Both the position numbers and the translations under genes were made by a program. The notes under the pieces were generated by a model, which saw only the letters and a program-made list of their open reading frames with translations, ran no database searches and was not told the DNA's origin. Below, piece after piece: positions 1-10,950 of a DNA stretch of 64,000 nt. Position 1 is the first letter of the stretch. Every line of letters starts with the position of its first letter. Source of the stretch: Selaginella moellendorffii (Eukaryota > Plantae > Lycopodiophyta); the NCBI RefSeq assembly GCF_000143415.4, contig NW_003314306.1, positions 776,897 through 840,896 of the forward strand, read 5' to 3'.

Positions 1-2084
1 GGAAGGATAGTGCCAAGCAAGGGTCGAAACGTATGTCCAATCCTTCAGAATCAGCAGTGTGCCCAAGTGATATCGGTCTTAGTTCCTCAATAGCAGTTGA
101 TGGTAAATACAATATAGTCGATTCAATGTGCTAATGAGTTTGTTTTTAGTAGCACGGGAGGATACCATCTCAATCGAAGGGAGATATTTGGACATGCATA
201 TGGATCCGCCAGTGGACTCTACTTGCCTGCAAGAGTCATCAGAGCTGGTGGAGGCTACTATCCATATCAGCGCCAAGCAAGCTGACCACGCTCCACTTGA
301 TGCTGCCCATACCACTGAGTCAATCTTGTCCACGTATCCAACTGACGGTGACCAGGCGCCATTGGACCCGCATGAGGCCGCCCCAGCCGTTGAGCCGGTC
401 GTATCCTCATTTCCAATGGACTCAATATGTGCCCAATCGTCTGACTACGCGCTGTTGGAACCTCCCTACACCGCCCCTGCTGCCTGTTCGGTCATGTCCA
501 CTTTGCCAACGGAGGCACCAGCTGAAATGGCGTGTGATCACACGCCATCGGAACCACCCCATGCCACTGTTGAGCCAGTTGTACCAGAGTCTACAGCTGA
601 AATGGCATGTGCCCACACGCCATCGGATGCAATTGACCCCACATTGCAGAGGAGAGTATTTCTGCCCTTCACATTTCCTCGACCAAAACCCTCTCAACGA
701 CCATCGGGAGCACCATTCGCTAATATTGTAGATGGTAAAATTGACTTGTACCATTTTTTATGCTGACGCATTTCATTTCAGAGTCATGGCGAAGGTACTG
801 TATCATTTTTTATCTGAACGGTGTCCTTTTCTCCCATGAGCGTGGCTCGTCCTCGAATGTCATTGCACCCTCCAAAGCCTGCGGTCGCAAGTTGGTCAAA
901 AAAGACAGATTCACATTAATCACACGGGAGAAACTGCGGGATCTAATAATGACCATGCGACACTTAAAACAGAGGGCCGGGTTCAATTTGCAATTGGGAG
1001 TTTGGACATCCATGATGCGCCACAATGCATTAACGTTGCTACAGATGATGCACGATCAGACGCGAGTAATATTACCATTTGACTTTCTCCTAACGCAGGA
1101 GGATTGCTTGACTATGGTCCATGTGAGGGGTAGCAAGCCCATCTTCATCAAGCCAGAGGCTGTAGTGATGAACCAGACTGCTAGCTCAAGTGAAATCCTC
1201 ATCATCAATGACTCGCCGATTAAAACTGCAGCGAACACGCACACATATGCAGTGCACCCCATCTCTTGCAGTATGGAAACTAGGGAGAAGAAACCATATG
1301 TTCTGGGGGACCTTGCAAAACGGCTTGGAGCGATGGTGATAGAGAACCGGCCAGTCCAGGAGGTGGCTGCAGAAATCAACCAAATGGCAGATGGAACGGT
1401 ATATCAGAAGCCATTTGATCGGACAGACACCAGTCATCATTTATAGCATGTATATTGTCTAGCCAAGCACTATCCACATCTCCATAATCTGCTCAACCAG
1501 ATGGGTTCTTCGACCACTGAACATGAGCGTGGACGTATTAGAGAAGAGATGGCATTACTATTGGGTTTAAATCCTGATAGTGTGGAGAGTGATGAAATTC
1601 CAAGATTATTGTATAGGCGTTGGAGGCAAAAAATAACAGTCTGAGATGGCATGTATTTATTTTAAAATGTAACTTATTATGGCATGGGGTTCCATGCCAT
1701 TGTATTAATATTAAAAGACAATTCTTTGAGAGGATTTGCATTATACTAGAAGTGTTACAGCATGTTATTGGAAGTCTACGAAGTTGTTTTATTAATAAGG
1801 GGAAAGTAAAGATTGAATGGGGACTTGGGCTCCACCTAGACTCGGAGCAACTGAGCCAATATTAAAAGGATGGAAAGAAATTGGACGATGATGACAAGGA
1901 GAAGAGAGAGGTGAAGCAGTGGCAGGGGGAGGAGAAGTGATTGAGTAGACATTTCCTTGTTTAAAATAAAATGGCATGTGCCTCAATGCAGTTGAATTTT
2001 GTTATATTTATATACTATATAAAGGTTTGGAAACCTTATTTTACAAGTGGGATAATGACAATTCCCACTTTAACGAAATAGAGC
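1..2084 (+). mobile_element. 3' part of a TIR DNA transposon (copy A) carrying an FCP1/HAD-like gene; runs off the left edge of the window
   Basis: Near-identical inverted copy at 62301-64000. Homology stops at ...TCCCACTTTAACGAAATAGAGC (2084). The same terminus forms both TIRs of the MITE at 7543-7826. Confidence 0.8.
153..1644 (+). pseudogene. Spliced transposon cargo gene: Pro/acidic linker plus FCP1/NIF (HAD-superfamily) phosphatase-like domain, 5'-partial, premature TAG at 1444-1446
   Basis: ORFs 128-766 and 760-1446 join in frame through a GT..CTGAC..AG intron (735-781). Motifs IIFYLNGVL, LGVWTS and ILIINDSPIK match the DLNG/VWTS/IIDDSP pattern of FCP1-like domains. Copy B has TGG where this copy has TAG. 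Confidence 0.65.
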
Positions 2085-4353
2085 TTATTAGGGATAATTG
2101 ATTATCCTTGTCAAAGGTTTTGCTTGATTATCATTAATCTAGATTGATTTGCTATTTTTCGGGATAGTGGATTCCTTCTTAGACGATGATTCTGCATATA
2201 TCTTTTTGATGCGATGATTGATGATCTTTCATGATAGTTGTTCTCCTTGATAGTTTATGGCTTTTTGCATTACCACATGTTCTTTGTGGTTTGCTCTGGA
2301 TTGGTCTCTTGGGTTTAAGATATCGATAGAATGTTGCTAACACTTGCTTAAGCAACTCTAGTTCCTTGGTATTAATGACCGGGATCTATTCAAATTGGCT
2401 AGTGCAATAGTTGACATGACTGAGTGTTTGTTGGTCTTACCACATTCATTCTGTTCTATTGATTTTTGCTCAAGTTAATTTTGGTAGGTTGGGATGTTAT
2501 TTCCTTCAGGTTATACATGGTTGGGATGTTATTTCCTTCGGGTTATACATTCGCGAGCATTGTGCTTGTCAGTCAATGATAGGATGTTGCTAACACTTGC
2601 TTAAGCAACTCTAGTTCCTTGGTATTATTGACCGGGATCTATTCAAATTGGCTAGTGCAATAGTTGGCATGACTGAGTGTTTGTTGGTCTTACCGCATTC
2701 ATTCTGTTCTGTTGATTTTTGCTCAAGTTAAGACTACATTCATTCTGTTCTGTTGATTTTTGCTCAAGTTAGTTTTGGTAGGTTGGGATGTTATTTCCTT
2801 CAGGTTATACATTCGCGAGCATTGTGCTTGTCAATCAATGATATTTGTGTTCTTTGAGTTGTGTTTTGTGAGTTGTTTGGCATGCTATCTGCCATTTTCG
2901 GTAGTTAAGTTTCTGTAAGCTCTTGAGTTTGGTTTTCTCGGGAGGTCACCTAACCCAGTACTATTCAAACCCAAGGACGCTTAACCCCAAATATTCCAAG
3001 ACCCTTAACCAATTGGAAAAGGGGGTGCACTTTTATTCATGGGTCCTTTCCCTCTATATTTGAACCCCATGGATCGTTTCTCAAGTCATTCCCTTTGGTT
3101 GCTTATAATCCACCACGCTTCCCTGCAAGTTCAGGCCCTCATGAACGGAAGCTAAGAGCCGTAGCTCTCCCGAGAGCCCCGCTCTCTTGACACCCACCAC
3201 GCTTCCCTGCAAGTTCATGCCCTTATGAACGAAAACTGAGAGCCGTAGCTCTCCCGAGAGCCCCACTCTCTTGACACCCTACCCCTCGGGTCGAGCCTAG
3301 CGGGAGCAAACCGGACTAGCCAGATGTCAATCAATATGTGGTGTGATTCCCCTAGCCAACCAATAAAGTTGGACCTGAGACCCTTCTGATACCAAATGTA
3401 AGCTCCTGAGTTTGGTCTTCCCGGGAGGTCACCTAGCCCAATACTATTCAAACCCAAGGACGTTTAACCCCAAGTATCCTAAGACCCTTAACCAATTGGA
3501 AAAAGGGGTGCACTCTTATTCATAGGCCCTTTCCCTCTATATTTGAACCCCATGGATCGTCTCTCGAGTCGTTCCCTTTGGTTGCTTACAGTTTCATCAT
3601 TGAGTTTACTTGATGATCTACTTGCTATTGAATTTTTTTAGATGGTGAATCCTATGTTTTCCAAAGATAGTGATCTTGGTGGTTCCTATCCTATAATGCT
3701 AGTTTATCAGATGATAACTTACTTAAAATACTTTTGTGTTCTACTCTACGGTATATTCATTGATAATTAAGTCTCTATGATATCATTGTCTATGACTTTG
3801 ATATTGTCCATATATTGATCTTTTAGTTTGGGCCAGTATAGGCAGACTGGCTTTGGCACTTTGTATGCATGTTGAAATCTTTAGTCATAGGGTAGCTACT
3901 GTCGACTGATCACATAACCTGCCTCTCTATTGATGTTCCTTATTCCGTTCAAAGGGCGTGACCGTGTAAACAACTCTAACTGCCTGTTTACAGTAGTCTA
4001 TCTAAACCTTACCGACGGGTTTGGTTTCTTTGCTCAAGAGGGTTGGGGCCTCTGGCTTCTCTCTCTATGTCCTTGCAGGTAGGGGCATATCACACTTTTG
4101 TAAGCTGGGTGACTCTCAGAGTAGCAAGGGTGGCTAACTCCGTTGGTCATTTCCTTGTCGGCGATGGCCGGAAGGTGTCTGAGCTGGTAGCGCATCCGCA
4201 TTAGACAAAGAGGTTGCCTTGTAACTCATTTAAGTCGGTGCATTTTTCACATAGTGTGAATATCATGAACTTTTTCTTGAGTTGTTTCCTTAGTGGTATT
4301 ATAGACTCAAGTATGCATCGACAAGGACGTCGATCTTCCTTAGGAGGGGAGAG
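2085..4353 (+). mobile_element. Highly decayed Ty3/gypsy internal region (integrase/chromodomain-like remnants) ending in a polypurine tract
   Basis: No long ORF. PPT-like AGGAGGGGAGAG directly precedes the TG start of an LTR at 4354. Contains a ~250 bp tandem duplication (about 2325-2840). Confidence 0.55.
2914..3590 (-). mobile_element. Cassandra-type TRIM with 5S rRNA-derived segments in both LTRs
   Basis: Two 194-bp LTRs (2914-3107 and 3397-3590; TGTAAGC...GCTTAYA) and a 5-bp TSD GTTTC (2909-2913, 3591-3595). Minus-strand PBS TGGTATCAGA (tRNA-iMet) and PPT GGGAAGCGTGGTGGAT. The LTR core GGTTAAGCGTCCTTGGG...GTACTGGGTTAGGTGACCTCCCG matches the plant 5S A-box/C-box region. The interior holds an ~84-bp tandem pair. 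Confidence 0.92.
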
Positions 4354-5499
4354 TGTCGTGAATGTGACTTTGGGTATCGAAAGTTACCTGTCGGCCAGTC
4401 CTTATAGACACTCTTACCTTACTGCCACGATGGCAAGAGGTCGGTATTGCTGGACCCGTTATCAGTCTCCGCCTAAGCTAGTTGAGAAACTGGTCATCAC
4501 ATGTGCACTTAGACCGAAAGGGCACTAAGGAAGGAGATCCTAAGTTATCATTTAGTCAAGCAGACTTGACACAATGATAAGAAACTCATGATGTCGGCTT
4601 ACACTTGCTAGTGTTGGGAACCCTTGCGATATTGAGTTTGGTCCCTCAATATCGCTAGATGATAGCTTACTGTGTCTGTCAAACACCCTCACTATCATGC
4701 CCTTTGTGTTAGTCTCATTCCGGTCTTAAATACTATTTATGGAAAGTGTCTAGATTTGCTCATTTGGCATTCTACGGAATGTAGAGATTGGCCTGAACAC
4801 AATGGTGTTCGTCCCGTGTCCAAATTCGCATTCTAACACCATTCCATATTTAGTAAGTTTCGAGCTTGTCCCAAAGACTAACTCCTGATACTAAGGGAGG
4901 CTTGGGGTGAAAGCCCAAAGCGTGTGTTCCTCAAGGGGGGGGGCTGTGGGGGGTTCCAAATGTATAGTAGGGATAGTGGGTAGGTCGGGCATGGCCGACC
5001 AACCTGAGGCATAGTTTAACTCCCGCTTGCGTGCCTGTCCTTGTTCTGCATCTGGCTTAGGCCTAAACCCAAGCTCCACACCATGCTAGCTGGTGGAGTA
5101 CCCATATCCTCACGTTAGGCCACCGGTATGCTAAAATAGTGCCAAACTCCGTTTGGCTCCGTTTTGCGTGCTGGTCCTGGCATTGGGATGCTAGTTACTC
5201 TAGGATTGTTCCAAGTCGCTCCGGGGTCCTATCCCTTCGCTCCTTGGGCTGAATGCTCGGGAGTTGCTCCATGGTTGGGTTCCATCACTCCTTGGTTCCA
5301 CGCTTGGGAGTTTGGCACCGTTCCTTCGTTCAGTGGCCCAAGGCCCTGAACCTTGGGTTCTGCACCATTGTCCTTTGGACACGTGGCATATGACATGTGG
5401 CATGTGTCACGTGGCATAAAGAGGGTTTAGGTTCCACTTTGTAGTGTTATCCTATGGTAAACCACCATAGGATAAAGGGTAAAATCCACATGCGCTACA
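4354..5499 (+). mobile_element. Gypsy 3' LTR
   Basis: TG...CA ends and preceded by a PPT. The start matches 53968, the middle matches ~54070-54350, and the end matches ~57740-57949, which is followed by a PBS. Confidence 0.75.
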
Positions 5500-7002
5500 T
5501 GCATGAAACCATGTTACATTGGTTGGATGACTTGCTAAGCGAGAGTGGCAAGTTAGGGGAACAAATCCCCTAGTTGAAGGTGCTAACTTCAAAAGGGGTG
5601 GCCTATGGGGCTAAGCATGGAGGGGTCTATGCATGATCATAGACTTGTCAAGTGAGAAGACTTGACAATTTGGAAGGACTAAGTTCCTAAGTTATGATCC
5701 GTAGCGCACTTTGGGTATAAATTGGTGCACCGGCGTGGGGAGTCACGCCAAGCATCCTAAGTGATGCTATCTGTAGATGCATATACGGAGGTTGGGTTCG
5801 AGTCCCAACCCTCTAGTGCTTGGGTTCGAGTCCCAAATCACTAGGGCGTCGTGATGGTTTGGAATATGAGGACACTCATATTTCGGTGGTCATGGACTCT
5901 TAATGAGGAGATTGGTTTGAGCACACCGCCAAGTGGGGGATGCCCCGGAGTCGTGATGCACAATTATATTGCTTAGAGTGAGAGTTTGGCATATCTAACT
6001 TTGGTGCAAAGGGCACCAAAGACGTGGTGAATGAGATGGGGACACCCAGTCTCAGTTGCTATGGATCTTTGGTCGGAAGGGCTGGCTTGGGTGCACTGCC
6101 AAGTGTGGGGGATGCCCCCGGGGTCATAGTCAACAATTTAAAAGGGTCTGGAAGACCTAGTCCCTATTGGCAAACCTATTAAGGGGTCAAGATGAGATCA
6201 CTAGGTGATCTTGTGGCTAAACAAGGACAAGGTATTTGTTTGGGTTAAAGAATATGATTCTTAGTTCAAAATGTTGATTTAAACTATTGATAATAGTGTG
6301 GCTTGGTCAAGGTGACTAAGTGGGAAGGACACCTAAAGGGAAATCAGTTGTGCCAATACGATGGTATAGTAAGTCCAAGAAAGTAGTTTCTATGAGAGAC
6401 TTATGGGAAGGTCGCAAAGTTGGGTCGTGGATGGAGCCCGTAGCAAAATATGCTACTACGAGTGAACACCCTCTAGACTTAGCAAAGTAGAGCCTTTGCC
6501 ATGGAACCAAAAGGACCACGAGCTTGGGCGGGAGGACAGTTTGAATGGTCACAATACCTACGATGGTATAATATTCTCTCAGAAATATGGTGTAAGATCG
6601 CACTGCGAGGATGGAAAATGGAGGTTGAGTACCTATAGTCTACTGGGGCTGCTAGAGCCATCATCCCCCCGCGCAGCCCGTCGAATGCCACCCCTTTTCT
6701 GCACACTGGCTTGCCGCAGGGGGGGTGCGGAGGAAGGCCTCTCCCTGGGCAATGGCTGCTGCTGCTACTGCTGCTGGACAATCGGCTGGGTGGTCGGAGG
6801 AAACGACTGTGTTGGGCATTGCACGAAAGAAAACGGATTCACCCCACTTGTCAAATGCCCTGTCCGTGCTGCTCGTCCCATGTTTCCTCGCAGGGGTCAG
6901 TGCGCACGACTTTCTATGGGGAGGCACCACAAGCAGCAGCGCTCGGACCAACTGGCGGGGAAGGACAACAACAACATGCCACCTTCTTCTTCTTCTTCTT
7001 CT

Positions 7003-7480
7003 TTGGGAATCCAAGTGAATCAATGCATAATGTAGGATTGGTTTGGGATGGAAAATTGCCATCTAATGCATTTGAAGCTGAGTATATCACTCTAACCATA
7101 GTATGCAAGGAACTTGTGTGGCTGAGATAGCTATTGAAGGACTTTGGGGCTGAGCAACTAGGTTGATATTCAAAGCAACATCACCATGATTTGCAATCCT
7201 GTTTTCCATGGGCACAACAAGCACATCCTTGTGCAATTTCACTATGTGAGGGAGCAGGTTGAAGCTAACATCATATGTGTTGACTACTTGTCGACTGGGA
7301 AGATGCTTGCAGATGTGCTGACAAAGCCTTTGGGACAGTCACAAGCTTGTCACCTTTCAGATGCAGCTTGGGATCCATTGAGTTTCCATCTTATGGGGGA
7401 GTGTTCAGATATAAGCTGGAACTCAAGTAACACTACACTAGGGTTTTTTCCTTTTGCACCTTTGAGTTTTCTCTAACAAA
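7003..7480 (+). mobile_element. Ty1/copia RNase H remnant with PPT and LTR start (duplicate of ~12162-12650)
   Basis: NPVFHGHNKHILVQFHYVRE...MLADVLTKPL is the typical copia RNase H end, followed by GGGGGAG|TGTT. Confidence 0.85.
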
Positions 7481-7542
7481 GATCAAGACATGAAAACCAA
7501 GTTAAGAATGGCAGAGAAAAAGGAACAAAAAATCACTAGTAT

Positions 7543-7826
7543 GCTTTATTTCGTTAAAGTGGGACTTTTCATTATCCCACTTATGGTGTGTGGCCACATG
7601 CCATTTTTATAACAACAATAAAAAATTGAAGTTTTAACTTTATAATTTATAAATTAAAAATTTTTCATATGATTTTGTGTTATAATATTGTGAAATATAA
7701 AAAAATAAATTAAAAAACTGATAGAAATATTAATAAATATTAATTAAGTACTAGGAAATGGCATGTGGACACATGCTAATTAATGTCCCACTTTACTGAA
7801 TAAATCCCACTTTAACGAAATAAAGC
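7543..7826. mobile_element. 284-bp AT-rich MITE of the same family as the 1-2084 and 62301-64000 elements
   Basis: 22-bp TIRs GCTTTATTTCGTTAAAGTGGGA. Flanks are ACTAGTAT and ATTAGTAT. The paralogous site at ~12705 is empty, with a single ATTAGTAT. Confidence 0.9.
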
Positions 7827-7836
7827 ATTAGTATGT

Positions 7837-7838
<2 letters not shown>

Positions 7839-7878
<40 letters not shown>
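7839..7878 (+). repeat. (GA)n microsatellite (shorter copy at ~12715-12733)
   Basis: Seen directly. Confidence 0.95.
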
Positions 7879-7879
<1 letters not shown>

Positions 7880-8376
7880 AAGAAAGTTTTGTGATATACC
7901 TTTGCATTGCGTCTCTCTTCCTGAGAGCTACACTCTGTCGTATACACCACCATAAAATCTGAGGAAAAATGGGCTCTATAGTCAGATTGGAATGAGCCGC
8001 AACAGCTCAAGAATTTTGACAGATTGGGGCTTTGCTCCAGCCAGTGCACCTAAACCCCACAATTTTTATGGCATCCAGCAGCTCAATGATGACTCAGCTA
8101 TACGATCACGGCGATGTTTCTTCCCTTCAAGTAGAAAAACCATTGGTAGGATTTTGTAAAAGAAACTACCAAAGAAAGGCGTTTGACTTACAAATTCATT
8201 CGTACATCGATTAATTGCCTTCCACACACACTTTTTAAAGGCAAAAAGCCTGTTTTTCCTCTCTTTTTTTCATTCACCTTAAACCAGGTTTGTTATGTTC
8301 ACTTTCATCTCTATGCTTACACGAGTTGTTCTGTTCCCCTTGAAATCGAAAACCACTTCAAAAATATTAAACTATA
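7879..8376. pseudogene. Scrambled fragments of the MAK-like kinase gene (5' region inverted, internal pieces in sense)
   Basis: AGAAAGTTTTGTGATATACC is the reverse complement of 25093-25112. TTAAACCAGGTTTG matches the RDLKP exon/intron junction. Confidence 0.75.
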
Positions 8377-8803
8377 GGGGGTTTTCACACCCACCATTAA
8401 CTTTGTAAATTTAATGGTAATTCGTTCACACCATTACATTATTATATTAAATTTGTAAACTTTAATTTAACTATTAAATTTAATGGTAACTTGTTCACAC
8501 CAGAAATTAACATTAAAATAAGCTAATGTTTCCATTAGCATTTCTTACGCATTTTTTCACTAAAATCCTAATGCTACACTTTTGTAGCATTAGGATTAAA
8601 ATATTCACGAATATTCTATAGGGCTTTCACTTGCTTTTGTTTTGGCGTGGCTTGCAGTGCATGGTGTTGTTAGCTACGAGTAGTGGCAATGCCCATGGAG
8701 CGGCGAGGCGTGGTGTTGGCAAGCATACCACGGCGGAAACAAGGTAAGAGATCAATCCTAGGCATTTCTAGCACATTTTAGAGCATTTTACTTCTAGCCA
8801 AGC

Positions 8804-9990
8804 ATGCTATGGATGACTGGAGCAGGTTTTCACGGTGTTGGTGTTGGAGGTCTTGGCCTAGGTTCTCACGGTGTTGGTGCTGGAAGTCTTGGCTTAGGTG
8901 TTGGTGGAACTCTTGGCCCAGATTCTCATTGTGTTGCTGCTGGAAGTTTTAGACCAAGTGCTGGTGGAAGTCTTGGTGCAGATTCTCATGGTGTTGCTGT
9001 TGGAGATCCTGGACTAGGTGCTGGTGGAACTCTTCTTCCTAGAGCAGGTGCAAGCTCTCATTGTCTTGCTGTTGGTGGAAGTGGAAGCAGTGGTAGTGGA
9101 TCAAGTGTAGGAACTCTTGTTCCTAGTTTTGGAGCTACTGCAAGTTCTCATGGTGTTGCTACTAGTGTTCCTGGTGGAGGTATCATGAGTTTTGGTGGTC
9201 CAAGTGTTCGTGATCGACAATCCAATTGGACTCACGATGAAGTGATGGTGCTGATTCGGGAGAAGAGGATTGAGCTCGAACAATACAAAGGCACATCTGA
9301 TAGAGAGCGTATGGTTTGTTTGAAAGAGAAGTGGGAGAGGATCTCGGCACGGCTTCAAGTTGAAGGCTATGACAGGGATCCTGAGAAGTGTAGGATAAAA
9401 TGAACGAACTTGATGACTGTCTACAAAGCTGTCAAGCTCTATGATCATTCCACTGGCTGTGGCAATTACTTTGCGCTGACGACCAAGGAGCGAAGTGCTG
9501 CGAAGCTTAGAATTATTGAAAAAGAGGCTTTTGATGAGATTGACGAGTTTCTCTCTGCAAAGCCAAATATCACTCCAGCAAAGCTTCGTAACAATATCAG
9601 TCGTCCTCCTACAAGATCTGGTGGTTCTGGCAATGGTTCTCGTAGCAGCAACTTTGGCACAGGTATTGAAAACGAAGACAGAGGCACAGCAGAAGAAGTC
9701 CATAGTCCACTGCTGCAGCAGGAAAACTTAGGCAACAAAGAAGCTAGATCGACTGGCCGGGCAAAGAAGAAGGCAAGAAGGAGTGATCTCCTTGCATTAG
9801 CTGATGTCCTCAAGGAAGGGAATGAGGCATTGCTCAAGATGTTCACTGTTGCTGAAGAGACGAGATTGAAGCTGCATCAAGAGCAAATGGAGCTAGAGAA
9901 AGAGTCCATTCACCTTGAGCAAGATTGATTAGCCATGGAGAAGGAGACAAACCTTGGCATAACCACAGCTTTAGTTGCAATAGCATTGAC
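8804..9990 (+). pseudogene. Harbinger Myb/SANT-like (trihelix-type) DNA-binding protein with Gly-rich repeats; in-frame stops
   Basis: NWTHDEVMVLI...KWERISARLQVEGYDRDPEKCRIK*TNL, with TGA at the conserved Trp, then a C-terminal coiled coil. Confidence 0.8.
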
Positions 9991-10185
9991 CATTCAGCAA
10001 GGTAGGATAGATGCATTCATGTTAGATTTAATTGGTATTTTCCTTTCTAACAATCCTTTTTTGGTTAATAGGTTTGCATCGTTAGTGAGTCACTGGGGAA
10101 CAAAAAATAAAAACCTGAATAAAGATAGCTAGTAAGTATAGTTTATGTTCTTTTCTTTCTCAAAATGCTATTATATTTTCAGGAA

Positions 10186-10950
10186 ATGGATCCCCTTCAC
10201 CTTGTGTTGCTGGTCTTGGTTATATGCCACTGGATATCAATGCAAAAAAGGGATCAAGAGTTCCGAGTAAGGCAGCAACAAATAAAAAAGAAGAGAAGAC
10301 AAACTATAGATAGCTTAGTGGAAATGGATAGATAGGAGCAGAAACGACTGATGCAACTGCGGTCTTTTCACTCTCATGTTGTGGCTGCTACATCAAGTTC
10401 TCAACAACCACAACTAGAACGGATTTGGTGGGTGAAACCGCGATCAACAGTGTGGTTTGATAGGTTTGTGGATAGATACTATGATGATAAGCGGTGGAAG
10501 GAGAACTTTGGAATGAAGAAGCAAACTTTCAACAACTTGGTTGATTGTTTGCATGACTCAATTGTGAAGCAAAACACACACTACCGCATGGCTATACCAG
10601 TTCGTGTTCGTGTTGCATGTGCCATCTACAAGTTCCGGCATGGATCCAAGCTTCTTTCATTGTCTGAGAGGTTTGGGATTGGGAAGAGTACAGCATTTGA
10701 GGTTATCAAGGAGACATGTGCAGCAATTCTTGAAGTCTTTGCAGATGTGATCAAGTTTCCTACATCATCCTCAGATTTTAAAAAAGGTTATAGATGGATT
10801 CCAAGGGATTACAAAACTACCAAATGTTGCAGGGTGCATAGATGGATCACAAATAAAAATAGAAAGACCGTGGGATGATCCTGAGGTCTACTTCAAGCAC
10901 CATTGCTACAGCATCACGTTACAAGCCATTGTGGATAGTAATGGAATGGA
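10186..10950 (+). pseudogene. Harbinger (HARBI1-like) DDE transposase, frameshifted and truncated
   Basis: WWVKPRS..WF, WKENFGMKKQTF, AIPVRVRVA and FGIGKSTA, then GCIDGSQI in a shifted frame. Confidence 0.85.

Larger units (their letters stand above)
8377..10950 (+). mobile_element. PIF/Harbinger DNA transposon, 3'-truncated by copia sequence
   Basis: Starts GGGGGTTTTCACAC with subterminal TTCACACC repeats and interrupts the kinase-fragment homology. Encodes a Myb/SANT protein and a Harbinger transposase. Confidence 0.85.

Noticed and set aside
2930-3470. Genuine 5S rRNA genes
   Set aside because: Only a diverged ~60-nt portion is present and it is embedded in LTRs.
6496-7130. Overlapping ORFs in a GC-rich patch
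   Set aside because: No recognisable domain, and it is wedged between TE remnants. It may be a captured fragment but cannot be supported.
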